Positions 1-12,736 of a DNA stretch of 64,000 nt are shown in pieces; the first letter of the stretch is position 1, and every line of letters starts with the position of its first letter. Below the pieces are notes generated by a model. It was not told the DNA's origin and made no database searches. It saw only the letters and a program-made list of their open reading frames with translations. This DNA comes from Octopus sinensis (Eukaryota): positions 53,568,001 to 53,632,000 of the forward strand of contig NC_043007.1 in assembly GCF_006345805.1 (NCBI RefSeq), written 5' to 3'. Position numbers and translations under genes: made by a program.

Positions 1-359
1 CGTCAACAATGAGTCTACGATTTTAAAAATAATTTAACATCATTTTTTATTCCATTTTAATGCATAAAATGCATCGTGTGTCGATGGCGGCGGAGTTGGC
101 GTCCACGCTCACAGCTGCACCTGTTTGCTTCTCCCCCTTCCCTCCCTCGTGAAGCTGTGGGAAGGGAGTGTAAAGAAATCAACGTCGTAATGCGTTGTGA
201 AGGAAACCAGCGTTCTTTTAGAACAACGACTTCATGGCTTGAAGACACCAAAACAAAAATGGCTAAGAAAGCCCGAATTTATAAGGGAAGTAACTCTCTA
301 AAAATGCTTATATAGTTATTTCCCTTACAAACCCGAGCAACGCCGGGCGATACTGCTAG
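1..359 (+). mobile_element. Non-autonomous Helitron, 3' part (5' end outside window)
   Basis: Ends in GC hairpin cccgagcaacgccggg followed by CTAG at 356-359. Shares the gagtcta.gatttta.aaataattta..catcattttt block with the next element. Confidence 0.7.
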
Positions 360-1205
360 TTTATATATAAAAGAAAGGTTGTGTGTCTGTCTACTCCGAT
401 TTAGATTCCTAACTACTCCCACATTTTGCGATGCAGTTTAACCAAAACCAGGTATCTTATAGTCGTGATTCATATCGAGCCCTTCTGGGTATTAGCGCGC
501 GTCTACGATGAGTCTATGATTTTACAAATAATTTACCATCATTTTTTTCCATTTTAATGCATATTTTTTTTAATAAAGGGAAGTAACTCTCAAACTTCAC
601 ACCAATATGCGTGCTCATATGCGACGTAATATCACATCAGCAGCATTTCCTCACACCCTCCTTGCACTTGGCGAAGGCAAAATACCAGGGGATGAAAATG
701 GTAATATTGCCATCGATTCCATTTGTACCATTGTTAAGACGTCTTCTGATCTCAGAGATGCAGTGTTCTCAGATCTACAAGCTAATTATCAGAATATGGA
801 TTGGATTGGCAAAAAGGCTATACTGGCCCCGAGGAATAAAACTGTTCACCATATTAATGATGAAATGCTAAAACTCATTCCTGGGGAAGTCTATGTATAT
901 CAGTCTATCGATACAACTCCTGAACCAGAGGACGTCATCAACTATCCAATAGAGGTACTCAATTCCTTTGAGCACCCCGGACTACCACCACACTTTCTCA
1001 AACTTAAAGTTGGTGCCCCCTATAATGCTCATCAGAAATTTGGTTCCCCCAAAACAATGCAATGGCACACGTTTGATCGTTAAGTCCTTATCTCCCACCG
1101 TAAGCTTATATCAATATTTGCCTGAATAACCATCATAATTCAGTGCAATCATTAACAGTACTTTCAAGCAATTCAGCCCCGAGCAACGCCGGGCAATTCT
1201 GCTAG
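360..1205 (+). mobile_element. Non-autonomous Helitron carrying a Pif1-helicase fragment
   Basis: 5' (t)ttatatataaaagaaag start; 3' hairpin cccgagcaacgccggg plus CTAG at 1202-1205; internal helicase ORF; near-identical inverted copy at 61259-62080. Confidence 0.85.
607..1083 (+). pseudogene. Helitron RepHel Pif1-like helicase C-terminal fragment (frameshifted)
   Basis: Motifs ILAPRNKTVHHIN and PPHFLKLKVGAP. An extra C in the run at ~1016-1020 shifts the frame out of the IMLIR...CNGTRL motif. Confidence 0.85.
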
Positions 1206-1743
1206 TAAAGATATAAAAGTCAGTAATGTCATGTAAATGGTCAAGGGGCTTTGTTAGAAGAGGAGGAATAAGGGAGATCATGCGAGTGGAAGGACAACTA
1301 GTATGGGATCTTTAGCTTTGGGTCTGTCACTCAGGATAGATGTATTGGTGGCATGAGTCGAGGGAATTTTCTGTTAGGTTCTGGCCAGAAGTTAGACGAG
1401 TAGGGCTTCTATGGATATGTCCCGACCCACAAGGTAGATGAAGTATGCTCCCCACCCCCATAGACATACAGAATTAAAAAGTACAGAAATATATCAGCAG
1501 TAGCTGAAAAATCATTCTGCAGCAATAGTAGCATTGCTAAATATGTATTTCTACTTCTTTGAGCTTCATTAGTAGCAAGTATCAACTAGCACAGCATGCT
1601 AGGGGAAAATCATCCACTACTAATATAATTAAACAGTGAATGAAAAAAGTCACTGATGTCAAAATTAGCTGGCTGCTAAATGCTCTTGAGATGAATACCC
1701 TACTTTAGCAGGCTTTCAATGATATATCTGCTTAAAGTGACTG

Positions 1744-1774
<31 letters not shown>

Positions 1775-3549
1775 CAAACATCACAATCAAGGAACGGCCA
1801 TAATAGGCCATTCACCCACTAGAAATAACAGCCAAAGCTTCAACCGCAAAATAACATTAATTCCGTAAACCAGGAGAAAATTAAAAAACATTTACCCTGT
1901 AATTTCTTATACGATGCACCGTTTCATCTACTGTTTAATGGTAAACTAACCTGATTAAATTAAATCAAGCCAATCTTCCATAGGCCCTTAGAATCGTCAG
2001 TAAGAAATAGCCAGATCGGAACAGATATTTTCACGAGGCATTTCTGTCCCTGCCTCGGCAATATCTGACCTAAAATTTTCAAATCATCGCACTCGCGCCA
2101 AATATATATACAAACATATATACAGCTACCCCCAGCAAATATTAGAATAAAGCTAAAGATCAGCGAAAAACCATCTCTAGAACTGTAAAAAATCAGTAAA
2201 ACCTTCCAGAAGTTAATCATTTAAGTATACATGTTCATGTCTAGACATGCAACTATATGCATGAGAATACATAATAAAAGAAAACATACAAATCCGTGCA
2301 CATGCAGGGACTCCAACTACTGCACATATACACAAATACACGCAAAAATACCCCGTTGATGTTGCTGAAATTCCAATGAAGGTTAGAAACTGACTCCTTC
2401 TCTATTGACAAGAAATCTTGAAATAAAACTGAATAATGACTGACTAATACACACACACACACATAACTGTCAGTCTGGATAAGCTTGGAAAAAGATATCA
2501 ACCAACTGATTCGCACATTACAAATACAATCTGTAAGCAGAACAGTAAAACTATGCAAGACTTTCCTCAGGTTTAAAAGGTGACATTGTCTTCGTCATCT
2601 ACATTCCAAAGATGGAGCTTTGTATCTTTGTTAGAAACCGGTTCCTTCATTAGATGCATTAAAATTATTAAAAACAGGAGAGAGAGAGAGAGAGAAAACT
2701 AAAAAAAAACTGTAGCGGCACAAGCCTTCTATTATAAAACTATCAGCAACAACACAGAAAAATATTATCAACAAAGTTGGCTAAAATAAATAATGAGATA
2801 AAGATTGTGTTCATCGGTTGCCTAAGAAAATGAAACAAACTACTTAGCAGACGTAAAAGTAAAGTCCCAAACTCACCGAACGATGGTTTGTTTCGAACTT
2901 TTTACAGGTTTTCAAGGGGGAAAAAAATAAACGTACGCAAAACAAAAAGAAAATGAGTGTATTAACATTCTCTTTCTCTATAAAAGACTGAAGATTTACG
3001 TTATTAAAATATATTTTTAGCCGAATTGGGAATCGGTTCACTTGATGGAATATATCAAACTGAACCTGACATAAAAAAAAAACTCTGAAAAGAATTGTAT
3101 ATATGTGTTCAGTTTTAAACCTTACAAGCATTTGAATATGATCAAGGAGCTTTCAACTTTAATCTTTGACAGAGGCAACCAACGTTAATTTTATAAACGA
3201 TTTACTTACATTCTCAATATTAAATTACCAAAAATACATAGCATCTTTTAAATTGTTACTTCAAAGGTGCGCCTCTCTACTGTTACTAGTTATAGATTTT
3301 CAGAATTACTAAACGGAATAAAACTTAGTGGAGTGTTTGTTGCTGTAGCAGCAGTAGCTGATATGCAAACAAGTTAATTGTTACAGAGGCAGCCAGTCGA
3401 ACAAGCCCAGCTCATTTTTGTATTTACTGGTAATTTCTCAAACGTTTTCAATTAGATAATTTCATACAACCTTTTTTTTGTTTTATAATCAATTCATGAA
3501 TTACACTATCTACTGCGATTTCTTCAATGTGGCTTTGAATTTCCTTTCA

Positions 3550-3840
3550 TACATGTAGTCGTGGCTACCTACTTAACACACCTATTTCTGTATACGTACG
3601 TATATAGCAACCTCGACACGTAACGGATCCACGGAGCTGCAACCTCGACACGTAACACATCCAGGGAGCTGCAACATCGCGAAACTACTGGGCAACGTTC
3701 AAATATTTTTGAGATATCATTTTCATGGTGTTTGTAATTTTCCATTATGTTCCTGGCAACTTTGTTCCGCAAACCGCGTTTTATACAAGTTTTTTTTGAA
3801 AATACCAACAACCTCCGTGCTTTGCCTTCCCAAGTAAGTA
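3550..3840. promoter_or_regulatory. Putative promoter / first-exon region (CpG-enriched)
   Basis: Locally CpG-rich and non-repetitive. + strand donor CAA|GTAAGT at 3834, - strand donor GTAAGT at 3209. Repeated gcaacctcgacacgtaac motif. Confidence 0.3.
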
Positions 3841-5978
3841 TTGCCGTTGGGCTTTTCTTCTTCCCTTTTATTCGAATTTCTGGGTAGTGAACGTCAAACG
3901 AGAACAGGAGGAAACTAGAAAAAGTCGTTAAATTTTTATATCAAGTTCGTCTTAAGAGGAAAAAGGCATTAAATAATGTGGCGATCTTTCTTTTATTTTT
4001 AGTCGGGCAGATATAAATACCTAAAGCCAAAGATCGCTTCTTTGATTTTAAAGTCTGCTCGATTGGGGCCTAGCGCTAGGCATCATCTGCTACTACGTAA
4101 AATAACTCGCAAAGGTACTTATAAATGTACTCAGAAATTTACTTACAGGTTTGTATGTGTGTGTGTGAGGGAGAGAGAGATTAACCAAAATAATGGCCAA
4201 ATGAAGAGTTCATTGACTTCCAGGATTTTCAGCTCAGAAAAAAAGTTAATATATGTGTTGCTGCAACAACAGTGACAATATTAGGCAGTCTGTGTTATAG
4301 GAAAAAGAAAAAAACGGGGGCATGCCTTGTACACCGGTTTATAAATGCAACCAACGAAATAGCCTCTATGTAGTTGTTCGACTTGTTAGAAATAGCAGTC
4401 AAAAATTCTTCCAAACCACTCAATCGTTTAAAAAAGAAAATATTTGTTTAGTATTCTCGCTTTTACGGCCCTACATCGTTTTACAAATACTAAAATTCGA
4501 AATAGCCCACGTTATACATAAATTTCTCAAGAAATAGTGTCAATCGATGTGGATGTCGTGATGTATTATTAATTTGTAACATACATACTTTTGAGAAAGT
4601 TCTCGGCATCACCAATATACGATCGTCGGCGACGAGTTTTGTTAATGACATGCGAAGGAGTAGAAAACGAATTGTAATGGTGATTTTACCACTGTATTTC
4701 TGTCAGTACTTGTCGCAAAGTTTCTCTTGTGAAACTGGCAGGCTCATCCCATCGTTCACATGCACAACTGTAGTAAATTAAATGTTTCGCGTAACATCCA
4801 ATTGAAAGCATGTACTAAATCAAAAACTGTCTAAGCTTCTTGGCATACGTCTAATATTTCGTTTAGGTCATCAATAATAGTATTCACTCATGGACACCTA
4901 GTTATGCAACAAATTATGTATGATTCAACACTGTAAAAGTGCAGTCAACAGACCAATTTGTATTTAGGACCGTAAAAGCGAGGTTACACTCCATATCTTA
5001 GTTCTCATATCTGCGACTCTTGTCATGAATAACCAGGTTATGTGTATCCTGTTAATATTGTTGCAGGGTGTCGAATCGAAACCACGGCAGCTCAGTTGCG
5101 AGTGACATTCAGCTTCAATCGTTCGGTCCTATAATATCGAGAGGAATTTTCCATGACTTCCCACCAAAGCGTGGCAATAAATAGAGAAGCACTTGACAAT
5201 CAGCGTAAGAGGTGGAGGAGGTCCCTGAGAGTACAGATGAACGCAGGATTCTTGGTCATTGCTCAACTTCAGGTTGTAAAGAATCACTTCGCTCACAATG
5301 CCCTTCTCTAGGCACATAGGATTGTCACCTCTCACCTCACACGAATATATAGCTAGCCAAAACAACATATATTCATGACTCTCTACTCTTGACAGTAATA
5401 TAGACTCTGACAAGTAGCCATTGTAAATATTGTAAATCTTATTTACAAATAAATGGTCTCCCCATCAAACATCTAAACTGGACTTTGTTTTATATGAGAA
5501 ACAGTATGCAGCCAAAATCAGCCTAACCAAAATATCCCTAGCCCATCTGTGGTGCAATGGTGAACCTGACAGAGAAGGTCTGCAACTAGGTTACACTGGT
5601 AATCCTGACATCAAAGGGGCAAATGGTTCTAACATGGAACTACTAGATAGAATGGTGACTTGCGATGTCCAAACAAGTTACATTGTCGATGCCTGATATT
5701 TAATCAAGCTACACTGGAGACTGCTATACTAGAAATGGTAGTCAAAACAAGTTACATCAATTTGACTATGCTGAGGATACTATGGAGACCTTGATACTGC
5801 CACCTCTTCCACAAGAAAGAAAGAACTCTGATGCTAGAAATAACAGTCTTAACAACAAATGAAATATCACTGGATGCTAACATTCAACTTCTACAAACTG
5901 GTAATGCTGACATCTCTACAACAAACTTCTGAATTCAACAGCAAAAGACCTCTTTAACAAACTTCAAAACGATAAATG

Positions 5979-6553
5979 TGTAGCAAGATGATGTAGCATA
6001 AGATGTTGCTGAGGTAGCAAATGAAATAGGTATGTGGATGACATCAAAGTAAAACAATGGCAAAGCATCGGATTGTGGTTTAAATAATTTATTTAATTGA
6101 CACTTGTATTTACCTGTTGTATATAGCAGAAAATCTGCTACATGACATTACCAACTTGCTTCGAGCTGGCGAAGTAGAAAATAAACAGGGGAAATACTGT
6201 GTCGATGTGGTGAGGTAGAACTGGGCATGTTTTGTGTCTGTGTGTGCATTGGTCATTCAGTCGTATCTGTTTATGTTCTGCGACTGTTACTGTGTTGGGT
6301 CGTTCATGCTGAATATGTGGTTCTGTATTGGCTGCTTGACTGGGGCAAGTTAACTGCTGGCTGTCTGCTTGTCTCTTGACCGTTTTGCCTGTTGATGGCT
6401 ATCTGCCCGTCTGTCATGTTTCTGATTGTATTTATAATGGTCATGACAGCTAGAAGGACAGATATACCACAAGAGTAATTTCTACCTATGTAGGTCACCT
6501 CCTGTCCACTTAAACATTAAATGACACAGCTCAGGTCGGAGGTTGAAGGGAAA
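5979..6553 (-). repeat. Gypsy 3' LTR (aligned part; true upstream boundary uncertain)
   Basis: Aligns with 11307-11835 (tgtagcaagatgatgtagc... vs tgtaacaggttgatgtagc...) with many substitutions. Confidence 0.8.
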
Positions 6554-7049
6554 GGGATATGCAACTCTATTGATTACGCAACCCACTAGAGGTCCAATAG
6601 AAGTAAGTTGTCTTTCAATAGTGTAGAGAGCAAGTGATAGCACACATTAAAATATGAGTGATGCAAGTGTGTGTAAGCATACAGGTATGATGTAGAGAGC
6701 AAAACATTTTAAAAACAAAGCAAAACATATGTGCATGCACAGAAATGTAATTTTACAGAAAAATGAAAATGTTCGTGCAAAAGTTCATTGGTTAAATGTT
6801 CAATCAGTTCAATTAGCAGAACAATGTTCATAAAAATGTTTCTCATTGATATAGAAAAGTGCTTTTTTTTTTAAGCAAAATATTCTTTTTATTTTGGCTT
6901 GTATGCGGCTGATGCAGAATCACTTGGGTTATGTATGTGTGGCAATTGTTTATAACCATAAGAAAAAACAATTTGTTTTTATTTGTTGATGTGAATGTTG
7001 TGGACATTTCAATTGAGAAGACTGGTAGGTGAAGAGTTTGTACTTATTT

Positions 7050-9990
7050 GAAAGACTTGAACAAATCTTGCGGGCCATTGAACTGATCTTCCCAATTTGG
7101 TATGCTGGGGTTGTGCAGAATCAGAGGTGTTTGCAATGGGTGAAGCTGAAGTTGTTGAGTCCATTTGAGGAACAGTGAGAACTGAAAGTAAGTCTTTTCA
7201 ACAAATGTTTTTTTTTTTTTTAAGTGATCAACTGAGGCAGTATTTCGTTTTCTTCTGATATTGAGGACAAAATACTTTGGTTCTTTTTGGATGACTTTTT
7301 AGGGCCTGGAATATGGTGGCCAAAGTTGAGAAGGTATTCCATCATTTCTAACAAAAACATGTGTCCAAGTATTGATGTCCTTTGGGACATGTGAAGTGTT
7401 GTTCTGTTGTCTGGGACCTGCAGGGGACAAATGTGACATAGATGTCTGTAAGTGGTGAACATATTTTGCTGGGTCCAGAAAGTCTTGTGGTGAAACAGGG
7501 TCGATCATCTGCCCCGGTAAGGCAAGTGCGATGCCATAGATCAGCTCAGCCAAAGTATGTCCAACTCCCTCCTTAACTGTGGCTCGAATACCAAGGAGGA
7601 TGAGTGGAAGATATTCCAACCAGTTGGAGCAGTCTGGATATGCTTTTATAGCCGCCATGAGTTGGTAAAAGCATTCGACCATGCTATTTGCTGCAGGACG
7701 GTAAGCTGTTGTGCGGGTGTGTTTACACCCAAGGAGACAAGTCAGCTCAGTGAGAAGGTGAGAATTGAACTGACGTCCTCTGTTGGTGATGATCATCGTG
7801 GATGTGCTGAAATGTGAAATCAATGAAACACTACATTGGCGACAGTTTCTGCAGAAGTGTCCAATAGGGGAAAAGCTTCCTGCCAGCAAGAAAATCTGTC
7901 AACACAGGTGAGCAGGTGAGTGCAGTTGTTGGAAGGAGGTAAAGGTTCAACGATGTCAATTTGCACATGTTGAAAACATGCCTCTGGAGTTGCAAAGGAA
8001 CCAATGGGGGATTTAATGTGTTGGTGGACCTTTGCTTTTTGGCATGTAGTGCTGGTCCTAGCCCAATCACAAGTGTTCTTGTTGATGTTGAGCCACACAA
8101 AATAGGTTGATATCAGCTTTTGTGTGGTGTGGACACCAGGATGTGCTAGGGCAAAGCAGAGAAAATGGTATGTCTGGGTTTCTGTGGCATGTTCATAATA
8201 GGTGGAGGTGTTGCACCAAATATAGCCTATAGTAGAGGGTATCAGTGATTGCTGAAATTTCAGAGATGATGAATTCCAGAGCTTTAGTAGTTCCCCGTCA
8301 TCTTGTTGATCAGGTGTAATCTGCTGGAGATTAATGGTACCAGTGGTGCGGATAGCGTTAAGCTCCATGCATGATGGTATCAGCTGCAGAATTGTTTGCA
8401 CCCTTGATGTGGTGAATGTCTGTTGTGTACTGTGATATGAAGTCTAGATGTTGGACTTCCCTGGGTGAGTGACGATTGGGCTTGGCGTTGAAGGCATAAA
8501 CCAGTGGTTAATGGTTGGTATAAATGGAAAAAATGTGACCTTCCAGCATGTGTCAAAAATGCTTGACAGCAAGATTCACTGCCAGTAATTCTCAACTGAA
8601 AGTACTGTATTTAGTGTCGGTGGGTTTTAAGCGCTTGGAGAAGAAGGATACAGATTGCCAAATACCGTCAGTGAGTTGTTGGAGCACACCTCCAACTCTG
8701 GAATCAGATGCGTCAACTAGTACACACAGTGGGGTGTCAGGTTTGGGATACACCAGCATGGTAGCGTTGGATAATGTGTTTTTCAATTAAGTGAAAATGG
8801 CAAGTTGTTCTTCACTTGGGACAATGTTTTTATTTTTGTTTGTTCGGAATTTACGGATGGCTTTGACATTCTTGGGAAGTGGACGAATGCCATCCTTACT
8901 AACAAAATAAAGGGATGCAACTCTGAATGAACACTTGCTGGGGTTCATAACAATACCTTATTCATGCAGGCATTGGAATAGCAGGTGCAGAACATGCTCT
9001 TTGTCTGAGCTACTGGTCACGAGTATGTTGTCTATGTATGCATAGATGAAAGGCAACCTGTGTCTATAAAACATTGGAATGTCTGTGCTTGATTGCATAA
9101 ACAGAAAGGCATACACAGGAATTCAAACATTCTGAAGGGTGTCATGACTACCATCTTCGGAATATCTGTAGGTTCAACAGGGATTTGATTGTAAGCTCGC
9201 ACAAGGTCGATCTTTGAAAAGATGTGAGCTCCATGTAGCGAGCTAGAAAAATCCTGTAGATGTGTGACAGGATATGCATCAGGTACAGTGCAGTTATTTA
9301 GTGATCAATAATCACCGCAATCTCGCCAATCAGTTGATGACTTCTTAGGAATGCAGTGTATTGGCTAGGATCAGTTGCTGCTGGATGGGCGGATGATTCC
9401 AAGGTTGAGCATATGCTGGAATTCTCGCCTGATGGCCTTGAGACCTTTGGGGTTGGGCAGCAACAGGTAGACTGCAGGTCTTGATGTAGTGGGTGTCTTC
9501 ATGCTTGATAGGCTGACTATGGAATACTGGTCGAGCGATATCTGGGTATTCTTTAAGGAGAGCACTGTGACAGGTTGTTGTTTGCAAAATGGTTGGGCCG
9601 ACTGTGGCCATATGAGCAGCTATGCTATGTACAGTAAGCTGAGTGGTGCTGTCGACAAGTCTTCTGTGCTTGATATCTACCAAGAAACTAAAACGATGAA
9701 GGAAATTGGCTCCTAAGATAGGGTCAGCAGTTTAGTGATGATGAATACCCACTGGAAGGTGCGGTGTAGTCCTAAGTTCAGTGTTAAAGACTATTCACTG
9801 TAGGTTGGAATCAGTGAGTGGTTGATTGCTTGAAGACAGACTGGTGTCTCTTTTCTTTTGCCTGAAGTGAAGGAAACAGAGATTATGCTGACTTCCGCAC
9901 TGGTATCAAGAAGGAAATGTGTGCCTGTTACATGATCACAAATGAAAAACATGTGACTTTGTGGGTGAGAGCCAGGAACTTCCATTACGT
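7050..9990 (-). pseudogene. Gypsy pol remnant (protease, RT, RNase H, integrase)
   Basis: FLLDTSAEVSII (protease); VLVDASDSRVGGVLQQ...SFFSKRL (RNase H); AHPGV...TTCQKAK (integrase zinc finger); HTRTTAYRPAANSMVE (integrase core). Many stops and frameshifts. Confidence 0.9.
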
Positions 9991-10010
9991 TCAATTCCGG
10001 GCTGTCATTT

Positions 10011-10897
10011 AAGCTCGCAAGGAATGAAGCCAGTATGCTCCGATGGATGTGTAATGTCAATGTGCATACTCGACAGAGTGTTAGTACCTTAAGAGAAAAG
10101 TTGGACCTAAGAAGCATCAGATGTTGTGTGCAAGAGTGACAATGTGCTGGTATGGCCATGTAGCGAGAATGGATGTCGATAGCTGTGTGAAAAAGTGCCA
10201 CACTGTAGCAGTTGAGGGAACCTGTGGAAGGGGTAGACCCAGGAAGACCTGGGATGAGGTGGTGAAACATGACCTTTGAACACTGGGCATCACCAAGGCA
10301 ATAACTAGTGACCGGGACCATTGGAAATATGCTGTGCTTAAGAAGACTCGGCAAGCCCAAGTGAGACCATAACCTCGTGGCCTATGCCAGGGGTGTAACC
10401 AGCCCACTTATGCATACCTTTCCTTCATTGGACACTAAACCCTGCTTGCGAAGATCTGTTGAAGCAATTGAAATTGAAACCAAATTCGATGACTGGCATC
10501 CATGCTAGTGGAGCGCTAAGAGTACCCTACAAGCATGATCGTTGCCAGAGCAACAAACTGGCCTCTGTGACAGTGGCACGTAAAAAGCACCATTCGAGCG
10601 TGATCACTACCTGTGCCGCCTTACTGGCACTTGTGCTGGTGGCACGTCAGAAAACATTCGAGCGAGGTCGTTGCCAGAGCTGCTGGACTGGCTCCTGTGC
10701 AGGGAGCACATAAAAAGCACCATTTGAGCATGGCAATTGCCAGTATTGCCTGACTGGCCCTCGTGCTGGTGGCACGTAAAAGAACCCACTACACTCTTGA
10801 GTGGTTGGCTTTAGGAAGGGCATCCAGCTGTAGAAACTCCGCCAGTCAAATTGTCCAACCCATGCTAGCATGGAAAGCGGACGTTAAACGATGATGC
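10011..10897 (+). mobile_element. 5'-truncated RTE LINE nested in the Gypsy element
   Basis: RNEASMLRWMCNV...GRGRPRKTWDEVV C-terminus; 3' UTR ending gcatggaaagcggacgttaaacgatgatg. Confidence 0.85.
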
Positions 10898-10899
10898 TG

Positions 10900-11243
10900 A
10901 AAACGAGCATGGAATTGTCCATTTCTGCGCCCATGTTCCAAATTTTCAGTGGTACCAACAAGTCTCTTGCGAATTATGGGTAGCACTTGGGCTTTGGTAC
11001 CATTTACCAAATCGATGTAATCAGCTGTTACTTTGATGTGGGGTACCAAGTGATAGGGTTAGTATCTGCTCTGTCAGAGCCTGTATCTCTGATGCCTGCT
11101 GTGCCACCAATGCATGCAAGTCGGAAATTTCCGAAGCACTGGACGACAAATGGAAAGGATTGGTGGAAGAAATCTCTGCCTGGAATGCCATGTTGACTGT
11201 GACTAAGTTTGCCACTGGGTTGTGTTCTGACTAATTGCAGCAA
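10900..11243 (-). pseudogene. Short gag-region remnant of the Gypsy element
   Basis: Lies between the PBS and protease; coiled-coil-like ISDLHALVAQQASEIQALTEQI; no clear motif. Confidence 0.35.
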
Positions 11244-11294
11244 TTTTCCAGTTCTGACATAGTGATGTGTGATTGAAGGCTGTCAGTCTTCATT

Positions 11295-11304
11295 GGGGTC
11301 ACCA
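11295..11304 (-). other. Primer binding site, tRNA-Trp type
   Basis: TGGTGACCCC 2 nt inside the LTR CA end; complementary to the ...GGGGUCACCA 3' end of eukaryotic tRNA-Trp. Confidence 0.7.
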
Positions 11305-11306
11305 AA

Positions 11307-11835
11307 TGTAACAGGTTGATGTAGCAAAAGATGTTTGAGGTAGCAAATGAAATAGATATGTGGACGACATCAAAATAAAACAATGGGAAAGCATCAGATT
11401 GTGGTTTAAATAATTTATTCAATTGACACTTGCATTTACCAATGACATTATCAACTTGATTTGAGTTGGCGAAGTAGAAGGAGGAATACTGCGTAGATGT
11501 GGTGAGGTAGAACCGGATATGTTTTGTGTCTGTGTGTGTGTTAGTCATGTCTGTTTATATTCTGTGACTGCTACTGTGCTAGGTTGTTCATGCTGAATAT
11601 GTAGTTCTGTGTTGGCTGCTTGACTGGGGCAAGTTAACTGCTAGCTGTCTGCTTGTCTCTTGACTGTTTACCTGTTGATTGCTATCTCTCTGTCTGTCGT
11701 GTGTCTGACTGTATTCATAATGGTCATGACAGCTAGAAAGACAGGCACACCGCAGAAGTAATTTCTACCTATGTAGATCGCCTCCTGTCCACTTGAACCT
11801 TAAATGACACAGCTCAGGTCAGAGGTCGAAGAGAA
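11307..11835 (-). repeat. Gypsy 5' LTR (truncated at ~11835)
   Basis: Ends ...tgttaCA next to the PBS; homology to the 3' LTR stops at ~11835. Confidence 0.8.
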
Positions 11836-12736
11836 ATCCATCCATTATTTTTGGACAGGACAAAGAAATTTCTTTCATGCCTGTTTGGCCAGTGGTGGAT
11901 CAGACAAGTGAGAATCCTTAGATTCGGTTTCGAATCTCAGCTCTGAAAAAGGAAGTGTTAGTTTTTACAAATGTCTGACAAAAATACAAATATTACAGTT
12001 TACAATTTGACATGCTTCTTTACAAAGTACACTGCTCAAACCATTACCACTTTGGTATCTTCAATGCCACCATCAACATAATGATTTGTTACCAGCTGAC
12101 AGTTCTGTAGGCACAGTTACCTTTCCTGACAGTAGCTGTCTCAATAGCTTGCTGCTAGGTGGAGTAGCATGTAACTTTGGAATTCTGGGACTTGTTTCTC
12201 TCTCTTTTTCACTGCAGCTCACAGCAAGCAAGACGTGACTTCCTCAGCTCTTAATCTCACCTCAGAGATATGCACAACCACGAGACAAGTAATGGCAAGT
12301 AGACATTAAACCACTATGACTTGGATTTCACAGAAAATGAACTTGAAGAAAATCCTTAAACAAGAACAATAAGGGTTTTAGTCATTGTGGTGTGTGCTGC
12401 AACTTTACAGATAATAATTTCTCAATGTTATGTATGCGACATAGTATATAAGAATACCTTGAAATAAAAGCAATACATCTTATAACCAGAGGATGGTTGT
12501 AAGAATAACATACATATGTTCAATGCTTCTCATCCAAAGCTCAAATGCAAAAAGGGAAGATTAACTTTCATGGGAGAGTTTAATTTTGTTTTCTATTTCT
12601 AACAGTTACTTTTAATTTAGCCCTTTTCCTGTCCTCCAGTTCTCTATTCAACTAGTTTGAGACCTTTGTTCTGTGTCTCATAAGGATTTTCCTGTCTTGT
12701 ATAGAAAAGCTGTCATGCCAGTTATCATCATCAATA

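Larger units (their letters stand above)
5979..11835 (-). mobile_element. Degenerate Ty3/Gypsy LTR retrotransposon
   Basis: Two homologous LTRs, a PBS, and pol remnants in the order PR-RT-RNaseH-INT on the minus strand. Confidence 0.9.
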
